Origin: an uncultured Bacilli bacterium
GTDB taxonomy: Bacteria > Bacillota_I > Bacilli_A > RF39 > UBA660
Direction: 5' to 3'
Length of the DNA: 64,000 nucleotides
Assembly: GCA_934098665.1 (NCBI GenBank)
Contig: CAKOOO010000004.1
Location: 22,031-86,030 of the forward strand
The notes under the pieces were generated by a model that saw only the letters and a program-made list of their open reading frames with translations, had not been told where the DNA came from and made no database searches. This document shows, in pieces, positions 59,339-64,000 of the stretch (position 1 is its first letter; every line of letters starts with the position of its first letter). Position numbers and translations under genes: made by a program.

Positions 59339-60025
59339 ATGAGATTATACGTATATTTAGACGAAAGTGGGTCAATTCATAAAAATAGTAATACTAAGTA
59401 CTTTGCAGTAGGTGGTTATTTTACTTTTGAAAAGTATAGACTTAAAATTACTTCTTTATATAAAAAAATTAATAAACTTGTAAAAGAGAAAAGAAACATT
59501 AAAATAGATAAGGAAATAAAATCATATGATTATTTAATAAAAGAAAAACAACTAATTTTTTCAAGTATGGAAAATATTGCTGGCTTTTATGGTTTTTCAA
59601 AAGTGTTTGATAAAGAAAAAATGCAAAAAGGTATAGTGGATTCTAATATATTTTATAATTACGCAGTAAAATTAATATTTTCTGATATTATTTTTCCACT
59701 TCTTAAAAATTATGGTGAAAACCAAATAGAAATAAAACTACTTTGTGATAATCGTAATGTAAGAGTTGGAGATTTAAAAAATTTAGAAAACTATTTAAAT
59801 ACGGAATTTTGTTTAAAAAATTATCTTTTTAGTGTTACTTATTATGATTCTAAAACCAATTTTGGTATTCAACTTGCAGATTTAATTGTTAATACTTTTT
59901 ATAATTATTATGCTAATTATAAAAGAATATCATCAATTATTAAATCTCTTAACAAAAATAAATATAGGGTTAGTTTATTTCCAGGTAGAAAAGTTTTTGG
60001 AAGAATAAAAAAAATTGATGATTGA
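59339..60025 (+). CDS. DUF3800 family protein
   Basis: N-terminal MRLYVYLDESGS (DES motif) and C-terminal GIQLADLIVN (QxAD motif), the two signature motifs I associate with DUF3800; about 228 aa. Start ATG 59339 after GAGGTGA. Confidence 0.65.
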   Translation: MRLYVYLDESGSIHKNSNTKYFAVGGYFTFEKYRLKITSLYKKINKLVKEKRNIKIDKEIKSYDYLIKEKQLIFSSMENIAGFYGFSKVFDKEKMQKGIVDSNIFYNYAVKLIFSDIIFPLLKNYGENQIEIKLLCDNRNVRVGDLKNLENYLNTEFCLKNYLFSVTYYDSKTNFGIQLADLIVNTFYNYYANYKRISSIIKSLNKNKYRVSLFPGRKVFGRIKKIDD

Positions 60026-60051
60026 CATAAAAAATAGTGTTATGATAATAT
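60022..60051 (+). promoter_or_regulatory. Near-consensus sigma-A promoter overlapping the DUF3800 stop codon
   Basis: TTGACA at 60022-60027 and an extended -10 TGATAATAT (60043-60051). Confidence 0.45.
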
Positions 60052-60057
60052 ATTTTT

Positions 60058-60122
60058 AAGACCTAGGGCACGCAGCTCAATGCTAAGCGTATAGTAAGTA
60101 CGTTGCACCTTAGGCATTTTTT
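60058..60122 (+). ncRNA. Candidate small RNA of about 65 nt (or a structured terminator), function unknown
   Basis: A GC-enriched island in AT-rich DNA. The outer stem pairs CCTAGGG (60062-60068) with CCTTAGG (60108-60114). An inner hairpin reads ACGCAGC-TCAAT-GCTAAGCGT. A T-run at 60117-60122 follows, and the consensus-like promoter lies immediately upstream. Confidence 0.3.
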
Positions 60123-60249
60123 AATGGATGTAAAATAATGGGTTATTTTTTTGAAATTTGTAAGTGATTTAGAAAATAAATTATTGAAATTAGAAAAATT
60201 ATATATGAAGTTTTTAATTTAAAATAATATTTATAACATATAATTAGAT

Positions 60250-60900
60250 ATGAAAAAATTTATTCAATTCACATTATATTTTTTTATACTATTTATATTT
60301 TTATTATCTTCGGTTTTTGGAAAAGATAGTCTTTATCTTGTAGGTAAACAAATAATAATTGACCCAGGACATGGATTTTTAGACCCTGGAACTACTTATG
60401 AAAATATATACGAAAAAGATATTAATTTAGCTATAGGTCTTTACTTAAAAAAATATTTAGAAAGCTATGGAGCAAGTGTACTTATGACTAGAGATGGTGA
60501 TTATGATTTATCTTCACCTAACGCGTTATATCGAAAAAAAAGTGATTTTGATAATCGTATTAATCTTATAAATAATTCAAATTCAAATATTTATATTAGC
60601 ATTCATTTAAATTACCTTAAAGATAAAAAATATTATGGGCCACAGGTTTTTTATAATGGTAAAAATATATATTTTGCAAATATTATGCAAAATGTTTTAA
60701 ACCAAGAACTAAAAAGTGATAGAAAAGTTAAGTTAATACCTAAAACAACATATATGTATTCGAAACTTAAAATAAGTGGTCTTTTAATAGAATGTGGTTT
60801 CTTATCAAATGATAATGAAAGAAGTAAGTTAATTACAAAAGAATATCAAGAAAAAATAGCTAAAAGTATAGCACTTGGAATTTTAAAATATTTTTCGTAA
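60250..60900 (+). CDS. cwlD: Germination-specific N-acetylmuramoyl-L-alanine amidase CwlD
   Basis: Collinear with B. subtilis CwlD: IIIDPGHG, VLMTRDGD.DL, RINLINNSN.NIYISIHLN, and LIECGFLSN. Signal/TM at the N-terminus. Same position downstream of rpsI as in Bacillus. Confidence 0.85.
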   Translation: MKKFIQFTLYFFILFIFLLSSVFGKDSLYLVGKQIIIDPGHGFLDPGTTYENIYEKDINLAIGLYLKKYLESYGASVLMTRDGDYDLSSPNALYRKKSDFDNRINLINNSNSNIYISIHLNYLKDKKYYGPQVFYNGKNIYFANIMQNVLNQELKSDRKVKLIPKTTYMYSKLKISGLLIECGFLSNDNERSKLITKEYQEKIAKSIALGILKYFS

Positions 60901-61055
60901 AGCAAAATCTTAATTTTATTTTGTTATGTTTTATTAATACTTATGTGATATAATATAAATATACGTAAGATATGAAAAGCTAACAATATTTTATTACTAT
61001 ATTTTAAGTAAGAATGTTATAAAATTTTTAATATGATTTGAAAGTGAGTGGAAGT

Positions 61056-62042
61056 ATGAGAAAAAGAGTTTTAAAAATCATTGTTGCAATTTTAATTTTA
61101 ATATTTTTTGCTGTGGGAATTGTTCCAAATGTAAATAGTTTTTTAAAAGCTCATATAACTTATGAACAATATAATTTACTAATTTTTACTTTAGTTTTTA
61201 TCATATTTGAAATAATCTTTTATTTAATATTAAATGACAATACTAAATCAGCATTTAATTTAATGAAAAAAGACCTCGTGTTTAAAAAATATAAAAAGGA
61301 AACAAACTATAGGGAAGATAGATCATTTTATTATAGAGATATTCCTTTTAACAAAAATATGGTCAGAGTATTTTGGATTGCGTTTCAATATGGAATCATT
61401 AAAAACAGGTTAAACATTTTAAATGCATTTTTGTTGAAATGGTGTAAGGAAAATAAGATAAAATTTATTTCAAAGGGGAAGTATGAAATAGTTGATAATC
61501 AATTGGGCTATGATTTTGATGATGGAAATGAGGCATCTTTATTTTATTTGTTATTAGATAAAAGTAAAAATAAATTTATAAAAATAACAATGTTTAATTC
61601 GAGGATAATTTTTAAAAAAATAAATGATATTTTGCTAACTGAAACTAGTATTTTAAAAAGTGAAAATAAAATTATTGATAAAAATGGATATGAAATCATA
61701 TCAGATAATATTAAATCAGACGTTGATATAGTTTTCGGATTTAAAAATTTTCTTTTAAATTTTGGTAATATCGAAGAAAAAAATCCTCAAGAAGTAAAAT
61801 TGTGGGAAGAATACTTAATATATGCTGAATTATTAGGTATCGCAGATAAAGTAAGAGATGAATTTAAAAAATTAAATATTGATTATAGTTCAAATGAAAT
61901 AAAATTTAAAAAGATTAATTTTCAAATAATTAATTTTATTAAAGTACTGTTATGGTTATCATATTTATTTTATGGAATTTTATTTATGATATGTACATTT
62001 TTTATTTGGCTTATATATATATGGTTAACTTGGGGAAGTTAA
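61056..62042 (+). CDS. Membrane protein resembling the C-terminal part of DUF2207 proteins
   Basis: Two N-terminal and two C-terminal TM segments. FYYRDIPFNKNM...(winged-helix-like LNAFLLKWCKENKIKF) and LWEEYLIYAELLGIADKV resemble the conserved cytoplasmic part of DUF2207. There is no extracellular N-domain. Start ATG 61056. Confidence 0.4.
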   Translation: MRKRVLKIIVAILILIFFAVGIVPNVNSFLKAHITYEQYNLLIFTLVFIIFEIIFYLILNDNTKSAFNLMKKDLVFKKYKKETNYREDRSFYYRDIPFNKNMVRVFWIAFQYGIIKNRLNILNAFLLKWCKENKIKFISKGKYEIVDNQLGYDFDDGNEASLFYLLLDKSKNKFIKITMFNSRIIFKKINDILLTETSILKSENKIIDKNGYEIISDNIKSDVDIVFGFKNFLLNFGNIEEKNPQEVKLWEEYLIYAELLGIADKVRDEFKKLNIDYSSNEIKFKKINFQIINFIKVLLWLSYLFYGILFMICTFFIWLIYIWLTWGS

Positions 62043-62135
62043 AAAAATTTAGTATTTTCTTTTCTTATAAGAAAAATTATTATATTTTATAAATAAAGTA
62101 TGGTATAATTAATAAGATAGTAAAAAGGTGATATA

Positions 62136-63065
62136 GTGGAGAAGACATTTAAAACGCTTGAAGAGCAAATTGAAATTCTTAAAGATAAAGGACTTGTTAT
62201 AAATGATATTGAACATGCAAAGTCTATTTTACTTCGTGAAAATTATTTTTTCTTAACTGGATACCGTTTTCTATTTATTAAATCTATGCAAGATCGTAGG
62301 TTTAATGAAGGTACCACTTTCGAAGAATTATATGCAATGTTTTTGTTTGATAGACAACTTCGAAACATTTTATTTAAAAACATTTTAGTATTTGAGAATA
62401 ATTTAAAAAGTATTACTGCATACGTAATGAGTAAAAATCATGGTTTTAAGGAAAAAAATTATTTAAACAAAAATAACTTTGTTCGTGATAGTTCAAAAAA
62501 TAGACAAATAAATGATTTAATACATAAAATGAAAAGACAAATAAGTATTAATGGTAAACAGCATTCCGCTACAAGTCATTTTATCGAAAATTATGGATAT
62601 ATACCACTATGGGTTGTTGTAAAAGTATTATCATTTGGTATTGTTGGTGAATTATATACGATACTTCAAAACGAAGATAAAAAAGAAGTTGCGGATATTT
62701 TTAAAATAGATATTGACAGTTTTCAAAGTTATTTACCAATACTTGCTAATTATCGTAATTTATGTGCTCATGAGGATATTTGTTATAATAATCGTACGCA
62801 GATTTGCATAAATAATACTACTTACCATAGACTACTTAATATACCTAAAATGGATGGTGAATATATTTATGGAAAAAATGATTTATTTGCTTTAATTATA
62901 ATATTTAAAAGAATTCTTCAAAAGGATGATTTTAATTTATTTATTAATGAAATTGAATATGAATTAGATAAACTAAATGGGAAATTAAAGACTATTGATA
63001 TAGAAAAGGTATTAGATACAATGGGTTTCCCAATTAATTATAGAGAAATTGAAAGGATGGATTAA
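62136..63065 (+). CDS. Abi_2 (AbiD/AbiF-like) abortive-infection family protein, HEPN-type
   Basis: N-terminal FEEQIEILKDKGLVINDIEHAKSILLRENYFFLTGYRFLF is typical of Abi_2. RNLCAH, an Rx4H HEPN motif, lies at nt 62754-62771. GTG start after AAAGGTGA. It has its own extended -10, TGGTATAAT, upstream. Confidence 0.75.
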   Translation: MEKTFKTLEEQIEILKDKGLVINDIEHAKSILLRENYFFLTGYRFLFIKSMQDRRFNEGTTFEELYAMFLFDRQLRNILFKNILVFENNLKSITAYVMSKNHGFKEKNYLNKNNFVRDSSKNRQINDLIHKMKRQISINGKQHSATSHFIENYGYIPLWVVVKVLSFGIVGELYTILQNEDKKEVADIFKIDIDSFQSYLPILANYRNLCAHEDICYNNRTQICINNTTYHRLLNIPKMDGEYIYGKNDLFALIIIFKRILQKDDFNLFINEIEYELDKLNGKLKTIDIEKVLDTMGFPINYREIERMD

Positions 63066-63067
63066 TA

Positions 63068-64000
63068 ATGATAACAAGACAAAAAAATAATAATGTAATA
63101 ATTTATATAGTAGTATTCTTTTTAGGATGTGCACTTATGTATGGAGTAATATATAAATATCCTGCAGTTATTAACACAAATACAACAAAAATTGTAAAAA
63201 ATGTAACTGTAAATGATACTGGAATTGCTGATGCAGTAGAAAAAGTCTATGATTCTGTTGTTGTTGTAGCAACATACAAAGATGATAAAATGATAGCCAG
63301 TGGTACCGGATTTGTATATAAAACAGAAAAAAAAGATGCTTATATTTTAACTAATAATCACGTAATTGAAAATGGTAATTCAGTCAATGTAACACTTACA
63401 AATGGAAAAGTTATAAAAACAGATATAATTGGTGCTGATTCTTTATCAGATATTGCTGTTTTAAAAATAAATAAAGATGATATTATTAGCGTAGCAGAAA
63501 TAGGAAAAAGTAACGATGTTCGTGTAGGTGATACATCTTTTGCTGTAGGTGCTCCACTTGATAGTGTATATTCTTGGACAGTTACAAGAGGAATAATTTC
63601 TGGTAAAGATAGAATGGTTGAAGTTACTTTATCGAACAAAAGTGATTATGTTATGAAAGTTTTACAAACGGATGCCGCTATAAATTCTGGTAATAGTGGC
63701 GGACCACTTTGTAATGCTAATGGCCAAGTTATTGGAATAACATCTTTAAAACTTGTTGATGAATCAGTTGAAGGAATGGGTTTTGCAATTCCTATTGAAA
63801 CAGCTTTATCTTATGCAGATAAACTTATAAAAGGAGAAAAAATCATGCAACCATACTTAGGTGTATCTATGGTAAATGTTTCTGATGCTCTATATTATCC
63901 GCAATATTATAGTCTTTTAAAAGAACAAAGTATAACAAAAGGAGTAATTGTTGTTGAAGTTGAAAAGTCATCTCCAGCATCTAAAGCCGGGTTAGAGGCA
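63068..64000 (+). CDS. htrA: HtrA/DegP-family serine protease (3' end beyond the window; not in the ORF track)
   Basis: Hand-translated: an N-terminal TM (IIYIVVFFLGCALMYGVI), catalytic His in ILTNNHVI, Asp in SDIAVLKI, Ser in GNSGGPL, and the start of a PDZ domain. The ATG lies 2 nt after the Abi stop. Confidence 0.88.
   Translation, partial: MITRQKNNNVIIYIVVFFLGCALMYGVIYKYPAVINTNTTKIVKNVTVNDTGIADAVEKVYDSVVVVATYKDDKMIASGTGFVYKTEKKDAYILTNNHVIENGNSVNVTLTNGKVIKTDIIGADSLSDIAVLKINKDDIISVAEIGKSNDVRVGDTSFAVGAPLDSVYSWTVTRGIISGKDRMVEVTLSNKSDYVMKVLQTDAAINSGNSGGPLCNANGQVIGITSLKLVDESVEGMGFAIPIETALSYADKLIKGEKIMQPYLGVSMVNVSDALYYPQYYSLLKEQSITKGVIVVEVEKSSPASKAGLEA

Noticed and set aside
59280-63065. The rpsI-to-htrA stretch as a mobile genetic island or prophage remnant.
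   Set aside because: There is no integrase, recombinase, transposase, tRNA target or flanking direct repeats. The core gene cwlD sits in the middle at its conserved position. It is better described as individual small insertions.

Overview
This window is the origin-proximal 64 kb of a very AT-rich, endospore-forming Firmicute chromosome. It starts inside dnaA, and every confident gene except clpP lies on the + strand. Content is mostly core and follows a compacted Bacillus-like order. It runs dnaA-dnaN-recF-gyrBA, tadA-dnaX-ybaB-recR-bofA, holB-ricT, pth-mfd-spoVT, then a T-box leader with dut-metG-tatD-rsmA. Next come yabG-veg-spoVG-yabPQ-divIC, gap-pgk, spo0A and the full S10/spc/alpha ribosomal cluster (rpsJ to rplQ, with secY, adk, map, infA, rpmJ, rpoA). 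The window ends with soj-spo0J, ychF, yvcK-whiA, truA-rplM-rpsI, cwlD and a partial htrA. No rRNA, tRNA, CRISPR array, integrase or transposase was seen. The main observations worth a second look are: (1) Four tandem 101-bp repeats after gyrA each carry a perfect palindromic parS site, forming a centromere-like array. (2) A self-contained promoter-to-operon cassette (SDR, YnbB-type PLP enzyme, Amidoligase_2 enzyme with an unknown N-terminal domain) sits between rsmA and yabG. (3) A minimal hairpin SRP RNA is hidden under an over-called ORF start. (4) A catalytically degenerate iPGM-like gene follows spo0A in what looks like a remnant glycolytic operon. (5) A ComK-family gene occupies the dnaN-recF slot. 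(6) After rpsI there is a small accessory patch: DUF3800, an orphan promoter-hairpin-U-tract candidate sRNA, and an Abi_2/HEPN gene abutting htrA. All calls come from reading motifs and synteny by eye; no searches or computations were run.
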